A stretch of DNA of 32,000 nucleotides from Candidatus Jordarchaeales archaeon (lineage in GTDB: Archaea; Asgardarchaeota; Jordiarchaeia; Jordiarchaeales; Freyrarchaeaceae): positions 704,499 through 736,498 of the forward strand of contig JAWAHN010000001.1 of assembly GCA_038889235.1 (NCBI GenBank), given 5' to 3'. Below the pieces are notes generated by a model, which saw only the letters and a list, made by a program, of their open reading frames with translations, had not been told where the DNA came from and did no database searches. The stretch's first letter is position 1, and every line of letters begins with the position of its first letter. Shown piece by piece: positions 18,692 to 26,593 of the stretch. Made by a program: the position numbers and the translations under genes.

Positions 18692-20182
18692 ATGAAAGTA
18701 GAAGTAGCAATAGTGGGGGGAGGGGTCACTGGGCTCGGGATTGCGAGAGATCTTGCTTTACGGGGGGTGAGTGTAGCTCTCTTCGAAAAGGGGGATTTGG
18801 CCTCCGGAACTAGTGGAAGGTCACATGGACTACTTCACAGTGGAGCAAGGTATGCGGTGAAAGACCCTGTATCTGCTAGAGAATGCGCACAAGAAAACAA
18901 GGTTCTGAAAAAAGTAGCAAAACATGTGATAGAAGATACTGGAGGGATGTTCGTTGCTATTGAAAAGAAAGACCTAGAGTACGAAAAAGCATTCTTAGAT
19001 GGCTGCAAGAAAGCAGGGGTGCATGTTGAGGAGCTTAGCGTTAAAGAGAGCTTAGAAAGAGAGCCTTTTTTAAACCCGAACTTGCTTGCGTCGTACTTGG
19101 TAGAAGACGCTGCAATTGATCCGTTTAGACTTGCACTCGCAAACTTCCTTGATGCGAAAAACAATAACGCTCAGATATACACTTATACTCCAGTTAGGCT
19201 TCTAAGGGAGGGAGAGGAGGTTACTGGAGTAAGAATCCTCACCACGGGAGAAATCGTACATGCGGATATAACAGTTAACGCCACGGGGGCTTGGGCTGGG
19301 AAAGTGTGTATGCAGGCAGGCATTAAACTTGATGTCAAGCCGAACAAGGGGACGCTTGTTGTCGTTAATAAGAGATTAGTGAACACAGTTTTGAACAGAT
19401 TAAGGCCTCCATCGGATGGTGACATCATAGTTCCTCACCAGTCAACAATGGTTTTAGGAACCACTTCAATTTACACTAGAACCCCCGAGAACGTTTTACC
19501 TACCAAAAAGGAGATTGCGTTAATTCTGAAGGAAGGAGAAAAGCTGGTGCCGCTATCTAGAAAGCTGAGAGTTATCAGGGCTTTTTCAGGAGCACGCCCA
19601 CTTCTCGAAGGCGGGTCTGGAAGGGAGGCTACGAGGGCATTCATAATAGTAGATCACGAAGAAAACGATGTAGGGGGATTGGTTACTGTTACTGGAGGCA
19701 AGCTCACAACTTATAGGCTTATGGCTGAGAAAACATCAGACATTGTGTGCAGCAAACTCGGAGTAAGGGCGTCTTGTAGAACTGACAAGGAGGAACTGCC
19801 GAAAGTGCCAATTAGAGATACAATTGAACGCTACGAAGTACTTGAGGGAGAACTGTGGAAAGGAGGAGAAGTTATCTGTGAGTGTGAAAGTGTAACGCGC
19901 AGCGAAGTTGAACGGTCATTTAAGGTCCTAGCAGCTAAAACAATAGGAGACGTTAAAAGAAGGACAAGACTGGGTATGGGAGAGTGTCAGGCGCAGAGTT
20001 GTGCTTATAGGGTGGCAGACTTGCTTGTTGAGCTGTTTGGATTCTCAGCAAGTGAAGCGTTGAACATGCTGAAAGATTTTTTGAAAGAGCAGTGGAAGTA
20101 TGGCAAAATATTGGGGGGCATTCAGAGGGCGCAAGTAGAGTTTTCTAAAGCGATGTACAGGATGGTAGGTGGCCTTGAGTAA
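18692..20182 (+). CDS. glpA: Anaerobic glycerol-3-phosphate dehydrogenase subunit A
   Basis: FAD-binding IVGGGVTG, GTSGRSHGLLHSGARY and GGKLTTYRLMAE; C-terminal BFD-like CECE...RRTRLGMGECQ...C. Confidence 0.9.
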   Translation: MKVEVAIVGGGVTGLGIARDLALRGVSVALFEKGDLASGTSGRSHGLLHSGARYAVKDPVSARECAQENKVLKKVAKHVIEDTGGMFVAIEKKDLEYEKAFLDGCKKAGVHVEELSVKESLEREPFLNPNLLASYLVEDAAIDPFRLALANFLDAKNNNAQIYTYTPVRLLREGEEVTGVRILTTGEIVHADITVNATGAWAGKVCMQAGIKLDVKPNKGTLVVVNKRLVNTVLNRLRPPSDGDIIVPHQSTMVLGTTSIYTRTPENVLPTKKEIALILKEGEKLVPLSRKLRVIRAFSGARPLLEGGSGREATRAFIIVDHEENDVGGLVTVTGGKLTTYRLMAEKTSDIVCSKLGVRASCRTDKEELPKVPIRDTIERYEVLEGELWKGGEVICECESVTRSEVERSFKVLAAKTIGDVKRRTRLGMGECQAQSCAYRVADLLVELFGFSASEALNMLKDFLKEQWKYGKILGGIQRAQVEFSKAMYRMVGGLE

Positions 20183-21287
20183 AGAAGTAGACTTACTTAT
20201 TATAGGAGCTGGCATGGCTGGACTAACTGCTGCAGAGACGGCTGGTGGAAGAGAACTTCAAGTGAAGGTGATAGCATCTGGCTACGGTTGCAGTCAAGCT
20301 TCCTCCGGAACAATAGATGTACTTGGACAATACGCTAATAAGAAAGTCGTAGATCTGGAAGAGACTCTTGGGGGGTTCATAGAAAGAAACCCGTGTCACG
20401 TTTATGCGGTAGCAGGGAGAGAAACGGTTCTAAGCGTTCTGTCTGATTTCCAACGTAGAAGTGATGGGCTTTACGTCGGAAAAGATGGACAAAATATGGA
20501 AGTGATAACGCCGCTGGGAACATGCAAAACCACATACCTTATTCAGTTTACGATGCGTAATGCTTCATTTAACTTGCTTTCAGAAGGTAAATCCTTAGTA
20601 GTAGCAGTGCCGGGGTTGCTAGGATATGCACCTCACATCATAAAAGGGAAAATGGAGGAGAAGGGGATAAACGTAAAGATGGCAAAGCTGAAATTAGCTG
20701 TTACAAGCCCCTTCCAGCTGGCAACGTATCTGGAGGCAAATCCAGAGACGTTGATCAGCGAGCTAAAAGAGGCAAATGCAAGTAGTTATGACTGGGTAAT
20801 TCTGCCTCCAATTTTGGGCATAACAAATGTGAAAAAGGTGTGGCAGATAGTTGAGGAATCCTTAAAGACAAATATTGTTGAACTTCCGTCATTTCCTCCT
20901 TCTGTCCCCGGAAAACGGCTTCACATTTTACTTAAGAGACGCTGTGAAGAAAAAGGTGTGAGTGTAGTATTAGGAGAAGTAGCAAAAGAAGTCAAGATTA
21001 AAGAACGAAGGGTGAAAGAAGTTTTAACCAGCAAAGGAAGGTATAGTCCACGAGCCTTAGTTTTGTCAACCGGATGGGCGTTAACCAATGTTTTGAAAAT
21101 TAAGGGAGTCTCCCCGGTTCAGAAAACTAAAGGCAAGAGCCACATGGTTAGACATGAGTACATAGAAAATCTGTTCTTCGCGATATCTCCGGTTTCATAT
21201 GAAGAGAAAGTGGGTTTAGGCGCCGCCATGATTGCAGGATACCTGGCAGGGAAAGCTGCTGTAGATTATTTGGGAGGTGGAAGATAA
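20175..21287 (+). CDS. glpB: Anaerobic glycerol-3-phosphate dehydrogenase subunit B
   Basis: IIGAGMAGL, SSGTIDVLG and ELPSFPPSVPGKRL motifs; overlaps the glpA stop. TTG 20175 or GTG 20169 are possible starts. Confidence 0.85.
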   Translation: MSKEVDLLIIGAGMAGLTAAETAGGRELQVKVIASGYGCSQASSGTIDVLGQYANKKVVDLEETLGGFIERNPCHVYAVAGRETVLSVLSDFQRRSDGLYVGKDGQNMEVITPLGTCKTTYLIQFTMRNASFNLLSEGKSLVVAVPGLLGYAPHIIKGKMEEKGINVKMAKLKLAVTSPFQLATYLEANPETLISELKEANASSYDWVILPPILGITNVKKVWQIVEESLKTNIVELPSFPPSVPGKRLHILLKRRCEEKGVSVVLGEVAKEVKIKERRVKEVLTSKGRYSPRALVLSTGWALTNVLKIKGVSPVQKTKGKSHMVRHEYIENLFFAISPVSYEEKVGLGAAMIAGYLAGKAAVDYLGGGR

Positions 21288-22385
21288 TTGAAGGAAAAAA
21301 TTTTTCGTGAAACCGATAGGTGTCTTCACTGCGGCTCCTGCTTGTCAGTTTGCCCAATAGTTAACGCTGGGGGTGCTGGCAGCCCTAAGAAGATTGGGGT
21401 TTACGCAACTAAGGACGTAAGGAAAGCAGATTACTTGGCTAGTACACCTTTCAATTGTACTTTTTGTTTGGCGTGTGTTAACGTTTGCCCTGTCAACCTT
21501 CCTATACCGGAAGCGGCGAGATATCTTAGGGGGAAAGTCAAGCTTCCGGAAAACGTAGAGGAAATTGTAAATAATATTAAGTCTAGTGGGAACATATTCG
21601 GGATGGGTGATGACGAAAGATGGATCTGGAGCATGGAGCTGAGTTTTCCCCTCGAGAGGAGGTTAGATATTAAAGCAGAAGTAGGATATTTTGTAGGATG
21701 CAACTCAGCATTTTCCCCTTCTCTTCTAGGGATACCTGTAGCAAATCTCACTATCTTCGAGAGAGCCAAAGTCGACTATACGCTGGTTTCTGGCGAGAAG
21801 TGTTGTGGTATGCCGCTCATTATGGCTGGAGAAGAGGAGGAAATCGCAAAACTAGCAAAAATTAATGTTGAGGAATATAAGAAAAGGAAGATTAAAACAT
21901 TAGTTACAGGGTGCCCGGCTTGCTTACGTGTGTGGAAAGAAGTTTATCCTAAATTCGTGAAAGTGCCGTTTGACGTTCAGCATTCAACGCAACTTTTACT
22001 TAAACTGATAATGGAAGAAAAAATTAAGCCTTTGAAAATGAGTCGCAAGGTCATCTACCAGGATCCATGCGAGTTAGCTAGAGGATGCAACATAACGGAC
22101 GAGCCACGTCTTATCTTAAATAAACTCGGATTAAAACTATTAGAGTTCCAGGACAAGGGATTAGATGCAAAATGCTGTGGTGGTGGAGGACTTTTAAGAG
22201 CCACAAATCCTGACGTCTCTGTAAAGCTTGCTTTCTCAAAAATAGAGGAGGCAAAATTGCTGGGAGCAGAAATAATAGTGACTGCTTGTCCTGCCTGCAA
22301 ACAAAACTTGTTGAAAGCGGGAGAAAAAATTTCAGTTTTAGACATCAGCGAGCTACTCCTTACTGCACTCCCTTCTGAGCCTTGA
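21288..22385 (+). CDS. glpC: GlpC/HdrD-like Fe-S oxidoreductase (two 4Fe-4S motifs plus two CCG domains)
   Basis: CLHCGSCLSVCP, CTFCLACVNVCP, KCCG, GCPAC, DPC, CCGGGG and ACPAC motifs; last gene of the glp operon. Confidence 0.8.
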   Translation: MKEKIFRETDRCLHCGSCLSVCPIVNAGGAGSPKKIGVYATKDVRKADYLASTPFNCTFCLACVNVCPVNLPIPEAARYLRGKVKLPENVEEIVNNIKSSGNIFGMGDDERWIWSMELSFPLERRLDIKAEVGYFVGCNSAFSPSLLGIPVANLTIFERAKVDYTLVSGEKCCGMPLIMAGEEEEIAKLAKINVEEYKKRKIKTLVTGCPACLRVWKEVYPKFVKVPFDVQHSTQLLLKLIMEEKIKPLKMSRKVIYQDPCELARGCNITDEPRLILNKLGLKLLEFQDKGLDAKCCGGGGLLRATNPDVSVKLAFSKIEEAKLLGAEIIVTACPACKQNLLKAGEKISVLDISELLLTALPSEP

Positions 22386-22775
22386 AAGCACTCTCTCAAA
22401 AACTCTTAGGCCAACAGCCAGTTTAGCATTTTTAGCCATGAGACAAGCAATCATTATAACATCGAATATTTCGTCAATAGACGCACCTTCATGTAAGGCA
22501 GCTTCAATGTGGAAATCGATGCAATGCTCACAATCTAGAGCTACAGCAGCAGACAACGCGACGAGCTCAGCCAACTTAGGAGATAAGGCCTTTGGTTTTC
22601 TGAGAGTGAATAAAGATGAAAGAGATTCCATGACAAGCAGTTCGGGTCTGTTGCGTCCAATGGACTCCGCTATAAAGGGTACACGTCCATATTCTTCGCG
22701 CATTTTGCAAAGAATCTCACTGACTGTAGAGTCTAAATCTTTAAGCAAGCATTCGAGGAGGGATTTCAAACTCAA
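22353..22775 (-). CDS. Carboxymuconolactone decarboxylase / AhpD-like protein
   Basis: KLAELVALSAAVALDCEHCIDFHIEAALHEGAS motif. TTG 22775 follows SD ggggtga; the ORF-track start at 22898 is probably too long. Confidence 0.85.
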   Translation of the reverse strand: MSLKSLLECLLKDLDSTVSEILCKMREEYGRVPFIAESIGRNRPELLVMESLSSLFTLRKPKALSPKLAELVALSAAVALDCEHCIDFHIEAALHEGASIDEIFDVIMIACLMAKNAKLAVGLRVFERVLSRLRRECSKE

Positions 22776-22911
22776 ACTTTTCACCCCGAACGAAAAGCTA
22801 ATGGAAACGAGAAACAAATAAAAAAATTGCGGTAGGCCTAACGAGATCTTATTCAGCTTCTTTTTAGGGTGAGCAGGTGAATTGATAGGAGACTTCAAGA
22901 GAAACTAGAAG

Positions 22912-22924
22912 GGAAAGTTATAAA
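22912..22924 (+). promoter_or_regulatory. Putative BRE/TATA promoter of tRNA-Leu(TAG)
   Basis: GGAAAG followed by TTATAAA (22918-22924), about 38 nt upstream of the mature tRNA start. Confidence 0.55.
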
Positions 22925-22962
22925 AGAAAATAAAAAGTAATTTTTCCAACGGAGTTACTGGT

Positions 22963-23102
22963 GCGGGGGTTCCCTAGTCTGGTCAATTTAAGTTGGCCAA
23001 AGGGGCCGGGCTTAGGACCGTTTATTAAGGGTAAGAGACCCGGTGGTGTAGGCAGTTAAATGACACAAACCTGCGTGGGTTCAAATCCCACCCCCCGCAC
23101 CA
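22963..23102 (+). tRNA. tRNA-Leu(TAG) with three introns (22987-23000, 23017-23037, 23052-23068) and encoded CCA
   Basis: Acceptor stem GCGGGGG/CCCCCGC, T-arm GTGGG-TTCAAAT-CCCAC and anticodon stem CCGGG/CCCGG with TAG at 23013-23015. Removing three BHB/BHL-defined introns gives an 88-nt class II cloverleaf. Confidence 0.92.
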
Positions 23103-23153
23103 TTATTGCCTTTTTTAAAAAATGCTCGCCAGAAAGGATGGAGGACTTGGTGT

Positions 23154-23945
23154 TTGCCGAGAGATGTTTGGAAGTCGGAAGAGAGAGCTGATCGCGGATT
23201 AATTAAAGAAAAAGACTCCGATCTTTTTAAGACAGTTGAAGGCGTCCTTGACACAAGTACTGTAATGGTACTGTATGAGCTGGAAAATAGAGGATATTTT
23301 AAGAAGCTTTTAGGAGTGGTTTCTACCGGAAAAGAGGCTAATATTTATTGGGGAGTAGGTGATGAACGAGAGGTTGCAGTCAAAGTTTACCGTACAGCAA
23401 CACTTGACTTCAAGAAAATATGGGTTTACATAGTGGGTGATCCTAGGTTTTTCAGGTTCAAAAAAAGTACACGTGGAATGATGTTTATTTGGGCTGAAAA
23501 AGAGTTTAAGAACCTTAAACTGGCATACGAAGCGGGAGTAAGAGTTCCTGAACCTATAGTTCAACACAAAAACGTCCTAGTGATGGAGTTCATAGGTGAA
23601 GACGGCATTCCAGCTCCAAAAATAAAAGATGCTAAACTCTCCCAACAGGAGCTAAAGGAAGCTTTTGAAAAAATAGTTGACTACGTTACTAAACTCTATA
23701 AAAAAGCAGAGCTTGTTCACGCAGATATAAGCGAGTACAACATTCTGTGGTGGGATGAACCCGTACTGATAGATTTATCCCAAGCAGTAATGCTTAATCA
23801 TCCACTGTCGCAGGAGTTCTTGATCAGAGACCTTAAAAACTTGTTATCATATTTTTCACGTGAAGGAGTCAAAGTGCCTTCTTTAGAGGAGTTATATTAC
23901 CAAGTAACAGGAGAGGAGTTGCCATGGAAGCAAGAGAACATGTAA
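23154..23945 (+). CDS. rio1: RIO1-family Ser/Thr kinase/ATPase (small-subunit ribosome biogenesis)
   Basis: STGKEANIY, VAVKVYR, HADISEYNIL and IDLSQAV motifs; TTG 23154 follows SD ggagg. Confidence 0.92.
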   Translation: MPRDVWKSEERADRGLIKEKDSDLFKTVEGVLDTSTVMVLYELENRGYFKKLLGVVSTGKEANIYWGVGDEREVAVKVYRTATLDFKKIWVYIVGDPRFFRFKKSTRGMMFIWAEKEFKNLKLAYEAGVRVPEPIVQHKNVLVMEFIGEDGIPAPKIKDAKLSQQELKEAFEKIVDYVTKLYKKAELVHADISEYNILWWDEPVLIDLSQAVMLNHPLSQEFLIRDLKNLLSYFSREGVKVPSLEELYYQVTGEELPWKQENM

Positions 23946-24481
23946 AAGTGCCAAAAGAACGTATAGCGGTGATAATAGGTAAAAACGGATGCGTTAAGAA
24001 AAGATTAGAGGATGAGACTAAGACTAAGATAACAATAGATAGCAATGAGGGGACAGTCATCATCGAGGCAACAGAAGAAACAGATGACCCTCTCGCAGTG
24101 TGGAGAGCAAGGGACATCGTAATTGCTATGGCGCGAGGGTTCAGCCCGGAAAGGGCTTTCCGTCTTTTGGACGAAGAACAAATGCTAGAAGTGATAGACT
24201 TAACGAGAATCGTTGGAGATTCAAGAAACACGCTTACAAGGATAAAAGGAAGGATAATTGGCGAAGAAGGAAAAAGCAGGAGAATCATAGAGGAAACGTG
24301 TGGAGCAGCAATATCGGTTTACGGACACACGGTAAGTATAATAGGGGATATTGATCAGCTTCAGTGTGCAAAAAAGGCCATAATGATGCTCATTGAAGGA
24401 GCACGTCACGCAACAGTTTACAAGGTAATACAGAAAATGGCTAGAGCAATGAAAATGAAACGAATGCTTTCATCAATTTAA
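23924..24481 (+). CDS. dim2: KH-domain pre-rRNA processing protein Dim2/Pno1
   Basis: Two KH motifs (IIGKNG; GRIIGEEGK) and GFSPERA; conserved position after rio1. Confidence 0.9.
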   Translation: MEAREHVKVPKERIAVIIGKNGCVKKRLEDETKTKITIDSNEGTVIIEATEETDDPLAVWRARDIVIAMARGFSPERAFRLLDEEQMLEVIDLTRIVGDSRNTLTRIKGRIIGEEGKSRRIIEETCGAAISVYGHTVSIIGDIDQLQCAKKAIMMLIEGARHATVYKVIQKMARAMKMKRMLSSI

Positions 24482-24596
24482 ATCTGCTTTTTCTGACTTA
24501 TCAGCATAATTTCTTTCTTTCAAACCAACTTTTTTGAAGGTTAATTGAGAAAAAGTAATAACCGGAAAAAGAAAGCAAACGCTTTTTATTTAGAAT

Positions 24597-24723
24597 TGGT
24601 GCAGGGGGTGGGATTTGAACCCACGCAGGCTTACGCTCCTCATTCGGATCTACGCCACGCGGGCCTCAGCCGCGTTCCTTTGACTTAGCCCGTTATTGCT
24701 ACGTCTGGCTCGGACACCCCTGC
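24597..24723 (-). tRNA. tRNA-Leu(GAG) with two introns (24685-24704 in the D-loop; 24631-24649 in the variable arm) and encoded CCA
   Basis: Acceptor stem GCAGGGG/CCCCTGC and anticodon stem CGCGG/CCGCG with GAG (24665-24667). Both inserts form BHB motifs and their removal gives an 88-nt cloverleaf. Confidence 0.92.
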
Positions 24724-24751
24724 TCCGATTATTAAGTTAAAAAGAATTGTC

Positions 24752-24765
24752 TTTTTATAGTTTTC
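24752..24765 (-). promoter_or_regulatory. Putative BRE/TATA promoter of tRNA-Leu(GAG)
   Basis: On the minus strand, GAAAA-CTATAAAAA lies about 30 nt upstream of the tRNA start. Confidence 0.5.
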
Positions 24766-24785
24766 TTTGAGATGGAAGAAGCAGT

Positions 24786-25493
24786 TTATTGCTTTGATAG
24801 TATTATTCTGGCGTCTACGGCTTTTGCTCCTTTGGAATAAGCGAATATCGGGTTTAAGTCTAGCTGATCTATTTCAGGGTGATCTATGACAAGGCTCGAA
24901 ACTTTCAGGAGGATGTCTATTAAGGCTTCTATATCTGCAGGAGGCTGTCCTCTTATCCCTTCCAATATTGGGTACGCTTTAATCTCTTTTATCATTTCCT
25001 CTGCATCATACCTTGTTATCGGAGCAACCCTGAAAGAGACATCTTTGAGTACTTCCACGAATATTCCTCCAAGTCCGAACATGAGAGCTGGTCCGAATTG
25101 GGGGTCTTTGGCCATGCCTACTATGACTTCTCTGCCTTCCGGACAGAACTCCTGAACAAGCACGCCAACTATTCTCGCATCGCTTTTATGTCTTTTCACG
25201 TTTTCGATTATTTCGTTGTAAGCTTTCACAACTTCGTCTTGATTTTTCAGGTTGACTTTAACTCCTCCTACATCACTCTTGTGAATTATGTCTGGGGAAA
25301 CTATCTTGAGAACAACAGGGTACCCTATTTCTTCAGCACACTTGACAGCTTCGCTTGGATTTTTTGCAACTTTAAACTTGGTCGTCGGAATACCATACGC
25401 TCTGATTACTTCTTTCGCTTCTGGTTCTAGGAGGTAAGTTCTTCCTTCATCCAGAGCCTTTTGTATTATCTTAGAAACTACTTCGTTAGACAT
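24786..25493 (-). CDS. acdB: Acetate--CoA ligase (ADP-forming) beta subunit, ATP-grasp
   Basis: LLEPEAKEVI, GYPVVLKIVSPDIIHKSDVGGV, DPQFGPALMFGLGGIFVEVLKD and DLNP motifs. Confidence 0.92.
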   Translation of the reverse strand: MSNEVVSKIIQKALDEGRTYLLEPEAKEVIRAYGIPTTKFKVAKNPSEAVKCAEEIGYPVVLKIVSPDIIHKSDVGGVKVNLKNQDEVVKAYNEIIENVKRHKSDARIVGVLVQEFCPEGREVIVGMAKDPQFGPALMFGLGGIFVEVLKDVSFRVAPITRYDAEEMIKEIKAYPILEGIRGQPPADIEALIDILLKVSSLVIDHPEIDQLDLNPIFAYSKGAKAVDARIILSKQ

Positions 25494-25608
25494 TTATTTC
25501 AATCCTCTCCGGCAGTGTTATTATGAAATTTGGAATTTAAGGTTTCGAAAAGTTCAGAAGGAGAAGATCCCTATAAAAGTTTCTTTCAGCACAGCATTTA
25601 AAACCAAG

Positions 25609-26370
25609 TTATTTCGACAGCTCACCGCCTGTAAAAATTCGTTCTAATGCCGCTTGAAGATTATCAAACCCTTCGAGTTTTACGGAAGAGACAGGTATTG
25701 GTGCATCAAACATGTGAATTTTCACTAGCGCCTCACATATACCGAGGGACATTTCCCTCTTTATGCCCTGCGTCTCACGATCTATGGCTTCCGTCAATGT
25801 GCGAGGTTCTGTGGCCCAATCTATGATCCTCAAACGCTCGCGCTCAGTCAAAGTATCGCTTTTCGATAATATATTAAGTTGAGGGAGAAAGAAGCGGTAC
25901 TGAACAGAGGCACCCAAGAGCATGACACTTACAAAGCCGTGGGGTGTACGTGCTATGAATGGATCTATTAGGAAACATACCGCACTTTGGTCTCCGCTCA
26001 GTGAAGATGTAACTATTGGTCCGGACTCCCTGAATGCAAATAGTTCTAGTTGTCCGGGCGTGTCTATTAGAACATAGGTTGCTCCAAAGTCATCGATTTC
26101 GCGTTTGATTTCTCCTAAGAAGTTCACCATCATATCGATGCAAGCCACTAGTCCACCATTAGGACCTAGGTTAAAAGCGTCCATCACATCTTCCAGGACT
26201 AAGTATTCCCTTATGTCGACATCAGGTGTGTATGGAATATAACGCGCCCCGGGGTCTAGGTTTACTGTAGCTACATCTATGTTTTGGTCTCCGAGCCATT
26301 CCGAAAATGCACCTACAAGTGTCGATTTGCCACTCCCAGCAGTCCCGACAAAAAAAGTTGTATAGTACAT
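25609..26370 (-). CDS. GPN-loop GTPase
   Basis: GTAGSGKST, VNLDPG, LGPNGG, IDTPGQLE and SKSD motifs. Confidence 0.93.
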   Translation of the reverse strand: MYYTTFFVGTAGSGKSTLVGAFSEWLGDQNIDVATVNLDPGARYIPYTPDVDIREYLVLEDVMDAFNLGPNGGLVACIDMMVNFLGEIKREIDDFGATYVLIDTPGQLELFAFRESGPIVTSSLSGDQSAVCFLIDPFIARTPHGFVSVMLLGASVQYRFFLPQLNILSKSDTLTERERLRIIDWATEPRTLTEAIDRETQGIKREMSLGICEALVKIHMFDAPIPVSSVKLEGFDNLQAALERIFTGGELSK

Positions 26371-26429
26371 TTTCTCACTCTGTCTTTATCTCAAAATAAA
26401 TTAAAAAGAGAGAGGCGAAAAAGCTTTTG

Positions 26430-26588
26430 ATGGAGGAGGAAATCTTGGAGGAGCGCTGTGCAGTCATAAACTGCGGACAAAACTTGAAAGAAAATGAAGG
26501 AATAGAACTTGATGGAAAAAAATATTGCAAAAAGTGTGCCACATTAATTATGAAAGAAGTGATGACAAGATTAATTGAAAGAATTTGA
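26430..26588 (+). CDS. 52-aa putative Zn-finger protein, below the ORF-track cutoff
   Basis: Manual translation MEEEILEERCAVINCGQNLKENEGIELDGKKYCKKCATLIMKEVMTRLIERI. It has C-x4-C...C-x2-C, an upstream purine-rich SD-like run, and fills the gap between the GPN gene and carS. Confidence 0.65.
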   Translation: MEEEILEERCAVINCGQNLKENEGIELDGKKYCKKCATLIMKEVMTRLIERI

Positions 26589-26593
26589 TTTTT

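Noticed and set aside
22963-24723. Integrated element or att sites at the tRNA genes
   Set aside because: The shared 3' sequence reflects two complete paralogous tRNA-Leu genes in inverted orientation. No integrase, transposase or CRISPR repeats were seen anywhere in the window.
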